Below, piece by piece: positions 1-8,291 of a DNA stretch of 64,000 bases. Position numbers and translations under genes: made by a program. Every line of letters starts with the position of its first letter. Within the stretch, counting starts at the first letter, position 1. The notes beneath the pieces are model-generated. The model was not told the origin of the DNA. It saw only the letters and a program-made list of their open reading frames with translations, and searched no databases. Where the stretch lies: assembly GCA_023392995.1 (NCBI GenBank), contig JAEWMZ010000249.1, positions 5,199-69,198 on the forward strand, written 5' to 3'. The stretch is from Bacillota bacterium (GTDB lineage Bacteria; Bacillota; Clostridia; Lachnospirales; Lachnospiraceae).

Positions 1-780
1 TTACTCGGTTCACAGATTATTGATGAATTTGCGAAAAAAACGAAGGTACCGGCATTCTTGGTGAATCCTCCTGATGTGGATGAGTTCCAGGATTTAGCCA
101 GGGTTACGGGTATGAAAGGATTGTACCGGGAGAGCCGTGTTCATGTACTCAACCAAAAAGAGGTTGCTCATCGTTATGCGAAAGAGCTGGGAAAGAAATA
201 TGAAGACTGTAACTTTGTTGTGGCACATGTTGGCGGCGGCTTATCTGTAACAGCTCAGCGAAAAGGTAAGATTATAGACGGTAATGATGTGTTAAACGGT
301 GACGGGCCGATGGCACCGAACCGCTCTGGCTCCCTGCCGGCAGTTCCCATCATTAGGATGTGCTTCTCCGGTGAATACACAGAGAAGGAAATGATAGAGA
401 AGATCAGCAAAAATGGGGGACTGCTCGGACACCTGGGTACCGATGATACGCGTACAATTAAACATAGGATAGAAGAAGGAGATGAATATGCAAAGCTAAT
501 TTATGATGCTATGGCGTATCAATTAGCGAAGTTCATCGGCTCGTATGCAGTTGTTCTGGAGGGTCAGGTGGATGGAATCATCTTAACCGGAGGAGTAAGC
601 AATGAGCCGTATTTCGTATCTAACATCAGGAGACTGTGCGCTTTCCTTGCACCCATCAAGGTGTATGGAGGAGACTTTGAGATGGAAGCACTTGCTTCCG
701 GGGCAATACGAGCATTGACGGGGGAGGAAGAAATAAAGGAATATACGGGGATACCGGTATGGTCAGGCTTCGAAGCATAG
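1..780 (+). CDS. buk: Butyrate kinase, 5'-truncated by the window edge
   Basis: Frame open from base 1 (LLGSQIIDEFAKKTKVPAFLVNPPDVDE); motifs HVLNQK, VAHVGGGLSV, GDGPMAPNRSG, IILTGG, EMEALA. Confidence 0.9.
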   Translation, partial: LLGSQIIDEFAKKTKVPAFLVNPPDVDEFQDLARVTGMKGLYRESRVHVLNQKEVAHRYAKELGKKYEDCNFVVAHVGGGLSVTAQRKGKIIDGNDVLNGDGPMAPNRSGSLPAVPIIRMCFSGEYTEKEMIEKISKNGGLLGHLGTDDTRTIKHRIEEGDEYAKLIYDAMAYQLAKFIGSYAVVLEGQVDGIILTGGVSNEPYFVSNIRRLCAFLAPIKVYGGDFEMEALASGAIRALTGEEEIKEYTGIPVWSGFEA

Positions 781-825
781 AACAAATAAGTTGATATAAT
801 TTAGGTGTTATTAAGGAGGCATGCT

Positions 826-1758
826 ATGAAAGTATTGGGGATTTCAGCAGGAACAAAAAATGGTAACAACGACGCTATGTGCAAAGAGGCATTAATCGGT
901 GCGCAGAAAATGGGTGCAGAAATCGAATTTATTCGTCTGCTCGATTTAAAGCTAGAGCACTGTACCGGATGCATCGCTTGTGTTCAGGGCTTAATGTCAG
1001 GAAAAGGCGGCAAATGTGTACTGAAGGACGACTTTGAATGGTTAAAGGATAAAATGTTTGAGGCGGATGCGATTGTATTTGCTGTACCGATTTTTGAAAA
1101 GGGTGCTGCTGGAATATTTCGGACAATTACGGATCGCTTTGGTCCCAGAATGGATAAGGCAATGAATGTGGTTGGTACCAAGATTGCAGAAGCAACTGGC
1201 GGAAAAGCGCCTGACCAGAGAATCTTCAAGGATAAAGTAGTCTCCTATATGGGAATCGGCGGTTCTGATTGGAGTACCAGAATTGCTTGCGATTTTGAGC
1301 TGTTATCCCTGATTCCTATCTGGAAAACAATAGATAATGAAGTATTCTCCTGGTCAAAGTGCATTGTTATGGAGGATGAAAAAGTACAGAGAGCGCATGA
1401 GATTGGTGTGAATCTTGCAAAAGCAGCAGCTCATATGGAGGAAGCTAAATATCTTGGTGATCCGGGTGTATGTCCCCATTGCCACAGCAGAGAGTTCTAT
1501 CTGAATGATGATTCATCAAAAGCGATCTGCTGCCTTTGCGGCATAGAAGGTGATATTAAAGTTGTAGAGGGTAAGGTAAAGTTTGAGTTCGCGCCGGAGC
1601 AGGTATCACATGCACATAACACAATGCCTGGTAAATTCATTCACTGTGATGATATTAAGGAAAATGAAGGTAAGTTAATGGAATGGAAGAAAGATCCTTT
1701 GTTCAAGGAACGTAACGACAAATACAAAGCCTTCATTACAGCCACTATGCCCCGATAG
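826..1758 (+). CDS. Flavodoxin-like / NADPH-dependent FMN reductase family protein with Cys clusters
   Basis: AGGAGG RBS before ATG 826; CTGCIAC...C motif of iron-sulfur flavoprotein type; C-terminal CPHC...CCLC. Confidence 0.75.
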   Translation: MKVLGISAGTKNGNNDAMCKEALIGAQKMGAEIEFIRLLDLKLEHCTGCIACVQGLMSGKGGKCVLKDDFEWLKDKMFEADAIVFAVPIFEKGAAGIFRTITDRFGPRMDKAMNVVGTKIAEATGGKAPDQRIFKDKVVSYMGIGGSDWSTRIACDFELLSLIPIWKTIDNEVFSWSKCIVMEDEKVQRAHEIGVNLAKAAAHMEEAKYLGDPGVCPHCHSREFYLNDDSSKAICCLCGIEGDIKVVEGKVKFEFAPEQVSHAHNTMPGKFIHCDDIKENEGKLMEWKKDPLFKERNDKYKAFITATMPR

Positions 1759-1780
1759 AGTTACATAGATTAATATGATT

Positions 1781-1813
1781 AAAGGCAAAATGCAGTTCAG
1801 GCTTTTTGCCTTT
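1781..1813 (+). terminator. Probable intrinsic terminator
   Basis: AAAGGCAAAA...TTTTGCCTTT inverted repeat followed by a T-rich tract. Confidence 0.6.
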
Positions 1814-1876
1814 ATTTTCAGTATAGAAATACTAAGATAAAAAGTAATGTGGCATGCAAGGAAAAGGATATATACA

Positions 1877-1996
1877 ATGGTAAAAAGAACATTTGAGGCC
1901 GAATTAGGCAAGACGATTGCAGCTGCTGACGCAAGAAAGCTCTTGTGCCTTAAGAATTTTAATAGCAGACATCTGGGAACTATTCTAAAAAATTAG
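1877..1996 (+). pseudogene. 39-aa ORF resembling the C-terminus of a beta-keto acid cleavage enzyme (Kce/BKACE)
   Basis: MVKRTFEAELGKTIAAADARKLLCLK resembles the recalled Kce tail pattern ELGREIATPxEARKILGL. Confidence 0.35.
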
Positions 1997-2210
1997 AAAA
2001 ATTAACGGGCAGAATACAAACCAGGCTGAGCTTATGCTATAGTTAATACTGAAGCTATAAGCTTATAACAATGAACAATCACTGAGGGACGGCTGCCTTA
2101 AAAAAGTGGATAAGCCTTAGAAAGCCCATATAAAAGCTTGAGATATGGCTTTTATTTTAGAATTAATGAAGCAGTTAGTCTTCATTTGCATTGGAATGGA
2201 GGAAAGTGAA

Positions 2211-3389
2211 ATGAGAGAAGTCGTCATCGTTTCAGCAGTAAGAACAGCAATTGGCAGCTATGGGGGCTCCTTAAAGGACATCTCCTCAGCTGAGCTAGGT
2301 AAAATTGCAGCGGAGGAAGCAATGAAGCGTGCCGGAATAGATGCCTCTATGATTGATGAAGTTATAATTGGAAATGTACTTTCCGCAGGTCATGGACAAA
2401 ATATTGCAAGGCAGGTAGCAATCAAAGCAGGGATTCCTGAGACCGTGCCTGCTATGTCATTGAGCAAGGTGTGCGGCTCCGGGCTTCGGGCAATCAGCCT
2501 TGCGGTTCAGACAATTAAGGCTGGAGATAACGATGTCGTGCTAGCCGGTGGCACGGAGAGCATGAGTAATGCTGCCTATGTTATGAAAAAAGCTCGTTTT
2601 GGAATGAAAATGGGACATGAGATCGTTATAGATTCTATGATTCAGGACGGCCTATGGGATGCGTTCCAGGACTACCATATGGGGATCACAGCTGAGAATA
2701 TAGCAGAAAAATATGGTATTACAAGGGAACAACAGGATGTATTTGCAGCTCAGAGTCAGTGCAGAGCAGAGGCTGCTATAAAAGAAGGAAAATTCCAGGA
2801 AGAAATTGTTCCGGTTATCATTCCACAGAAAAAGGCAGCTTCCATTATTTTTGATACCGATGAGTTTCCCAGGTTTGGAACTACCGCTGAGAAATTGGCA
2901 AAGCTGGCGCCTGCATTTAAGAATAACGGCACTGTAACAGCGGGAAATGCCTCCGGAATCAACGACGGAGCAGCAATGCTTGTGATTATGGCTAAGGAAA
3001 AGGCCAAAAGCCTTGGAGTACCGATTCTGGCTACGATAAAAGCTTATGCCTCTGCTGGTGTTGATCCATCTATTATGGGCTACGGTGTTGTGCCGGCTTC
3101 CAAAAAAGCAATGGAGATAGCGGGAATTAGTGCTGGAGACATCGATCTTGTGGAGGTAAATGAAGCCTTTGCGGCACAGGCCATATGTGTTTGCAAGGAT
3201 TTAGGCTTTACCGATGAGAAAACCAATGTAAATGGAGGCGCGATTGCACTGGGTCATCCCATCGGCTGCTCGGGTGCCAGGATTTTAGTTACCCTGCTCC
3301 ATGAGATGAAGCGGAGAGAGTCAAAGTTAGGATTAGCATCACTATGTATCGGCGGAGGTATGGGAACCGCAATGATCGTTGAGAGATAG
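2211..3389 (+). CDS. thlA: Acetyl-CoA C-acetyltransferase (thiolase)
   Basis: [45 protein letters not shown] motifs. Confidence 0.95.
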   Translation: MREVVIVSAVRTAIGSYGGSLKDISSAELGKIAAEEAMKRAGIDASMIDEVIIGNVLSAGHGQNIARQVAIKAGIPETVPAMSLSKVCGSGLRAISLAVQTIKAGDNDVVLAGGTESMSNAAYVMKKARFGMKMGHEIVIDSMIQDGLWDAFQDYHMGITAENIAEKYGITREQQDVFAAQSQCRAEAAIKEGKFQEEIVPVIIPQKKAASIIFDTDEFPRFGTTAEKLAKLAPAFKNNGTVTAGNASGINDGAAMLVIMAKEKAKSLGVPILATIKAYASAGVDPSIMGYGVVPASKKAMEIAGISAGDIDLVEVNEAFAAQAICVCKDLGFTDEKTNVNGGAIALGHPIGCSGARILVTLLHEMKRRESKLGLASLCIGGGMGTAMIVER

Positions 3390-3416
3390 GATAAGTCGGG
3401 AGGAATGTAGTCAAAG

Positions 3417-4073
3417 ATGAAAAACAAGATAATATCAGTGGAAGAGGCGATCTCCAAGGTACAGGATGGGGATACCGTAATGATTGGCGGTTTTATGTCC
3501 TGCGGTACGCCTGAAATATTAATGGATGAGATAGTAAAAAGGGGAATAAAAGATCTGACTGTGATTGCCAATGATACTGGTGTTCCGGGAAAAGGGATCG
3601 GCAAGCTTATCACAGCCCGATCAATGAAGCATCTGATTGCCTCCCATATTGGATTAAACCCGGAAACCGGAGCGCAAATGACGGCAGGGGAGCTTAAAGT
3701 AACCTTAGTTCCGCAGGGGTCCCTGGCGGAGATGATTCGAGCTGGAGGAGCAGGCCTGGGTGGTGTTCTTACACCAACCGGTGTCGGGACCGAGATCGAA
3801 CAGGGAAAACAAAAAATCAATCTGAATGGGATTGATTATCTGATAGAAATGCCATTAAAGGCAAGGGTTGCCTTGATAAGAGGAAGCATTGTTGATAAGG
3901 CAGGTAACGTATATTATAATGCGACCACCAAGAATTTTAACCCTATGATGGCAACTGCCGCAGAGATCGTGATTGTAGCTGCTGAAAAGATTGTTGAGGT
4001 TGGAGAGCTGGATCCGAATTATGTTATGACCCCGAGTATCTTTGTAGACTATATCGTAGGAGGTGAAGTTTAG
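3417..4073 (+). CDS. atoD: Acetate/butyrate-acetoacetate CoA-transferase subunit A
   Basis: MIGGF..GTP, IANDTG, SHIGLNPETG, PQGSLAE.IRAGGAGLGG motifs. Confidence 0.9.
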   Translation: MKNKIISVEEAISKVQDGDTVMIGGFMSCGTPEILMDEIVKRGIKDLTVIANDTGVPGKGIGKLITARSMKHLIASHIGLNPETGAQMTAGELKVTLVPQGSLAEMIRAGGAGLGGVLTPTGVGTEIEQGKQKINLNGIDYLIEMPLKARVALIRGSIVDKAGNVYYNATTKNFNPMMATAAEIVIVAAEKIVEVGELDPNYVMTPSIFVDYIVGGEV

Positions 4074-4732
4074 TGGCTAGTGCAAAGGATATCATTGCTT
4101 ACAGGGCAGCGCAGGAGATTCACGACGGAGATGTAGTTAATCTGGGGATTGGGCTTCCGACTTTAGTTTCGAATTATCTTCCCCAGGACGTACATATTGT
4201 GCTTCAGTCGGAAAACGGAATTCTTGGGATGGGAGGGCTATCAGCTCCCGGTACGGAGGATAAGGATATTGTGAATGCCGGTAATCAATTTGTGAATGTG
4301 CTGCCGGGTGCTTGTTATTTTGACAGTGCCACATCCTTTGGCATTATTCGCGGAGGACATGTGGATGTCACAATTCTCGGTGCATTGCAGGTGGATGAAA
4401 CCGGAACCCTCGCAAGTCATATTGTACCAGGGAAAATGGTGCCTGGCATGGGAGGCGCTATGGATCTAGTAGTAGGAGCTAAGAAAGTAATCATCGCAAC
4501 CACCCATACAGCAAAAGGAGAGCCGAAACTAGTGAAACGGATCTCTCTCCCTGCTACAGCGGTTAACAAGGTACATATGATTATTACTGAACTGGCAGTA
4601 ATTGAAGTAGAGGAGAAGGGCTTTGTGTTGAAGGAAATAGCCGATGGAGTAACCGTGGAAGAGATACAAAGACAAACCGGTGCACCTCTGATTATTGATG
4701 AGAATATAAAAGTTATGGCTCCTTATATATAG
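4073..4732 (+). CDS. atoA: Acetate/butyrate-acetoacetate CoA-transferase subunit B
   Basis: VNLGIGLP, catalytic QSENG, GMGGAMDL; GTG start overlaps the subunit A stop. Confidence 0.9.
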   Translation: MASAKDIIAYRAAQEIHDGDVVNLGIGLPTLVSNYLPQDVHIVLQSENGILGMGGLSAPGTEDKDIVNAGNQFVNVLPGACYFDSATSFGIIRGGHVDVTILGALQVDETGTLASHIVPGKMVPGMGGAMDLVVGAKKVIIATTHTAKGEPKLVKRISLPATAVNKVHMIITELAVIEVEEKGFVLKEIADGVTVEEIQRQTGAPLIIDENIKVMAPYI

Positions 4733-4822
4733 ATAGAGTTAAAAAGGTTTTCTTGGCTCCATTTATTATATACTGTAAACTGATTTTACTGAATACCTCA
4801 TTTTCTTACGGAAATTCGAAAT

Positions 4823-4925
4823 AAAAAAGACCTTCGTTATTTATATTTATTTGAGAGCTATCCTGATTAGTTAGAGCTTATAGTCTAATCTATGGAAGGC
4901 ACTTCATAAATTGAATAACGAAGGT
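4823..4925 (-). terminator. Long imperfect hairpin between convergent genes; probable MCP terminator
   Basis: Arms ACCTTCGTTATT (4830-4841) / AATAACGAAGGT (4914-4925); U-tract follows on the minus strand. Confidence 0.5.
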
Positions 4926-5021
4926 TTATGTTTTGTAATCAGGGACTCTTTTAGTAATTTCCCAAAACTTTGATTCATTTCCTTTGCAGAATGCGCTTGC
5001 AATTTATTTTATCCCAGGAAA

Positions 5022-6404
5022 TTATAAGATAAAGCGCTTCATGGTTTCATTTAGCTGGAGTGTCATACTGTTTTGCTTCTCCATGGATTTTGATACCTCT
5101 TCCATGATCTCACCGATATGAGAGAGACTGCTATTAATCTCCTCTGAATAGGAGGAGGTTTTCTCTGAGGAGTTTACAACCACATGAATTGCCTTATTAA
5201 TTTCATCCAGGGAGGTATTAATAAGTGCTGTGGAAGCATTAATCTCTGAGGAAAGTTTATGAATTAATACAGAATCCTTCTGGTAATGATCGCCTGTTTG
5301 CAGCATAAGCTCATAATCAGAGCGTACATCCTTATCTATGTAGCCTAAAATATCCTGAGAGCCGCTGGTGAGATTCTCATAGACCTCTCTTAATTGAATG
5401 ATCAGCTGCTCCACATTAGCGATTGCAGCTGAGGATTGATCCGCTAACTTTCGTATCTCCTCTGCCACAATAGAAAAGCCCTTGCCCTGTTCGCCGGCTC
5501 TGGCAGCTTCGATGGAGGCGTTGAGCGCAAGCAGATTGGTTTGAGAAGCGATTCCCTTAATGGTATCTGAGAAGAGAGTGATATCATCGACTACTTTTCC
5601 TGCTTCGATAGCAGAAAGAATCATTTCCTGTTTTTCCTGATAGGTACGATCTGCTTTCTTTAAGGAATCCGCAACCTGGAGCTTTATCTGAGAGGCGCGT
5701 GCCTCCATTTCTCTTGACGTTTTCAGAGCGGATGCAACTTCTAAGGCCAGGGTATCTTTTGTCTCAACAATTTTCCCGATGTTATGGTTTGCATTCTGTG
5801 TGGTAATCATCAGCTCAGCTGCATCTTCTGACAGCATAGTTGAAGTAGAATGGATCGAGGTAATACTGCCGGACGAAGTTTGAGTGGATGCTAATAATTC
5901 GTGGCTGCTCTTCGCAATAGATTCCGTGATTACTTCTATATCTGACAATAATTGCTTCATATTGGAATTTGCCTGATCCAGAGATTTACCCAGTTGACTG
6001 AGTTCATCATTTCCCCTAAAGTTAAGCTCATAGGACAGATCGCCCTTCCCAAGACGTTCCGCAAAAGAAAAGACTTTTTTCAATCGATTTGATATAAAGA
6101 TATTATAAAGTATGGCTATAATAAATACGGTGATAATGGTATTCAAACCGGATGAAACATAGATTCCAACATTGCCATCAAAAAGGCTGGTATCCATACC
6201 TGCATTTTCTAAGGCAGAAAAGCTGTTTAGTAATACAAAGTTTACTAACTGACCAATTTTTGTGGTAAATAATTGTACAATCACAATAGCGGCAATGAAT
6301 TTAAATTTGATGGAATTTAATCGGGAATAAGAAAGTCTTTCTTGAATAAAGTTAAGTTTGGAATTGCCAATTCTTTCATAGAGGGAATTGAAAAATTTCT
6401 CCAT
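5022..6404 (-). CDS. Methyl-accepting chemotaxis protein (TM-HAMP-MCP signal)
   Basis: [37 protein letters not shown] hairpin tip; HAMP motif (GDLS...DELSQLG); AAGGAGG RBS. Confidence 0.95.
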   Translation of the reverse strand: MEKFFNSLYERIGNSKLNFIQERLSYSRLNSIKFKFIAAIVIVQLFTTKIGQLVNFVLLNSFSALENAGMDTSLFDGNVGIYVSSGLNTIITVFIIAILYNIFISNRLKKVFSFAERLGKGDLSYELNFRGNDELSQLGKSLDQANSNMKQLLSDIEVITESIAKSSHELLASTQTSSGSITSIHSTSTMLSEDAAELMITTQNANHNIGKIVETKDTLALEVASALKTSREMEARASQIKLQVADSLKKADRTYQEKQEMILSAIEAGKVVDDITLFSDTIKGIASQTNLLALNASIEAARAGEQGKGFSIVAEEIRKLADQSSAAIANVEQLIIQLREVYENLTSGSQDILGYIDKDVRSDYELMLQTGDHYQKDSVLIHKLSSEINASTALINTSLDEINKAIHVVVNSSEKTSSYSEEINSSLSHIGEIMEEVSKSMEKQNSMTLQLNETMKRFIL

Positions 6405-6792
6405 GCCTGATCCTCCTTAGTGGTGATTATAATTAGGCAAAGGCGAAACGATTTAATTTCTGCTGTGTAAACAATAGCTTCAGTTAATGAGTTTCGCAAA
6501 TGCCTAAGTAATTATATAAGAGTTATATTAACTCAATGTTAACAAAAAGGGAAGTATAATTTATTGATCAGATGCTATATTAAAAATAGTGTGAAACGCA
6601 GAGTGTTTTACATCCGAAATTGAGCGACCAAAAGGTCAAATAGTTTTTTATTTCGAAGGAAATGATCAGCCGGTATCGACAATCGCTTGGTGATATTGTC
6701 ACAGATAATCGGAGTAAATAGCATATAATAAAAAACAGGTACAGTACAATCATCACGGAAAAAGTAGTAGAAGCTACTACAGAGGAAAGCAT

Positions 6793-7113
6793 ATGTTTAA
6801 CTTATTAAAAAAAGATGAAAAAAAAGTGATTCATGTAAATGATATGGATAACCTGATTGGACAAGTGGAATTAATTGATATAAGAGAGCCATACGAATAT
6901 CAAATGGGAAGCTTAAAAACTGCAAAAAACATACCTATGGGTAAGCTGCTGACAAACCCGGAGAAATATCTAAGTAAGGATAAGTCTTACTATATTATGT
7001 GCCAGTCAGGTGCTAGAAGCACAAGTGCCACAAGAACGTTAACAAAACAAGGCTATCAGGTGATAAATGTTGCTGGTGGTATAGGGTCTTATGTAGGAGC
7101 AAAAAGAAAATGA
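6793..7113 (+). CDS. Rhodanese-like domain protein
   Basis: IDIREPYEY, active-site CQSGARS, NVAGGI. Confidence 0.9.
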   Translation: MFNLLKKDEKKVIHVNDMDNLIGQVELIDIREPYEYQMGSLKTAKNIPMGKLLTNPEKYLSKDKSYYIMCQSGARSTSATRTLTKQGYQVINVAGGIGSYVGAKRK

Positions 7114-7159
7114 GTGTAAAAAGTGGAAAGCATATCAGAAGCAAGGGAGAGGCATAGGA

Positions 7160-7732
7160 ATGACTCATAAATTTGATATCACGCAGAAAAGTAAATTAGA
7201 TAATCCGAAGCGCCGTGAGCTATTGCCGGTGAAGCAGGTACTGGAGGAGATTGAATTAAAGGCTGATGAAATCTTTGCCGATATTGGCTGCGGCATAGGT
7301 TATTTTTCAATTCCGGCGGCTGAGTTAATTCATTCTTATGGGAAGGTATATGCTTTGGATGTTGAGCAGGAGATGCTTAATGAGCTGGAATGCAGGAGGA
7401 AGGAACATAATATTGAGAATATTCAAGTGATACTAACAGAGGAGTATGATCTTAAACTAGAGGATCAGCTTGTATCTCTTGCATTCGTTTGTACTGTTTT
7501 ACATGAAGTCGAAGATAAAGCTCGTTTTCTCAAGGAAGTAAAACGTATCCTTCGCGAAGATGGAAGTATTGCTATTGTAGAATGGATAAAGAGAACCAGT
7601 GATTGGGGACCGCCAATTAGCCACAGAATTGCTGTTGATGAGGTGAAGGAGCTGTTACAAAGCGCGGGATTTACGAATCTTTCTGAGACCGAGATAAATG
7701 AACACTTTTATATTGTAAGAGGGAATTTGTAA
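7160..7732 (+). CDS. Class I SAM-dependent methyltransferase
   Basis: ADIGCGIG motif I, VYALD, LHE, GPP. Confidence 0.85.
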   Translation: MTHKFDITQKSKLDNPKRRELLPVKQVLEEIELKADEIFADIGCGIGYFSIPAAELIHSYGKVYALDVEQEMLNELECRRKEHNIENIQVILTEEYDLKLEDQLVSLAFVCTVLHEVEDKARFLKEVKRILREDGSIAIVEWIKRTSDWGPPISHRIAVDEVKELLQSAGFTNLSETEINEHFYIVRGNL

Positions 7733-7842
7733 AAAGGAATTTATAACAAAAAGTTTATAACAAAAAATTTATAACAAAAAATTTATAACATGAAATTTAT
7801 AACAAGGAATCTAGAATAAGAAATCTAGAATAAGAATTTATA
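7722..7842 (+). repeat. 14-bp AT-rich tandem repeat, about 8.5 units (RRAATTTATAACAA drifting to GRAATCTAGAATAA)
   Basis: Units start at 7722, 7736, 7750, 7764, 7778, 7792, 7806, 7820. Confidence 0.9.
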
Positions 7843-8106
7843 TTCAGAGTGCTTAGACAAGAAGTATCCGCAGCATAGGTCATCATAATAACAGGGGTTA
7901 TGATAAGTGAAGGATGCATGCTCAGGGAGACAGTAGACAACGTTTTATGATTATTTATTAATTTTTATAAATAATTAATTGCTATTCCAAAAGATATATG
8001 CTATTATCGTTCTTTAGAAACAATTTAATAAATGAATCTAAAGCAAATAGTTGGCTTTATGAATTCATAGTCGGAAGAAGCTGTAATATCTTCTTTTGAC
8101 GACAAC

Positions 8107-8192
8107 CGTGGGGGAGTAGTTCGCGCGATGCGTGGCTAAGTCAACAACAAGACCTAACAAGTCTGGCTTATCCGGAAAGAACAAGACTCATG
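8107..8192 (+). ncRNA. yybP-ykoY (Mn2+-sensing) riboswitch
   Basis: GGGGAGTAG...GTCAAC...GGC...CAAGAC landmarks; lies upstream of a P-type ATPase and overlaps a terminator. Confidence 0.85.
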
Positions 8193-8237
8193 TAAAACCT
8201 ATTTTCATTGGAAAGAGGTTTTATATGAGTCTTTTTT
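8183..8237 (+). terminator. Riboswitch expression-platform terminator
   Basis: AAGACTCATGTAAAACCT...AGGTTTTATATGAGTCTT plus T-run; 5' arm shared with the aptamer 3' strand. Confidence 0.85.
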
Positions 8238-8291
8238 AGTACTGAATTACTCATGGGGATTCAAATTAGAAAAAGAGAGGAATAATCACAA

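Noticed and set aside
6433..6507. c-di-GMP riboswitch
   Set aside because: Class I and class II landmark sequences not found on the MCP sense strand; kept only as an unknown hairpin
7722..7842. CRISPR array
   Set aside because: Contiguous 14-bp units, no unique spacers, no cas genes
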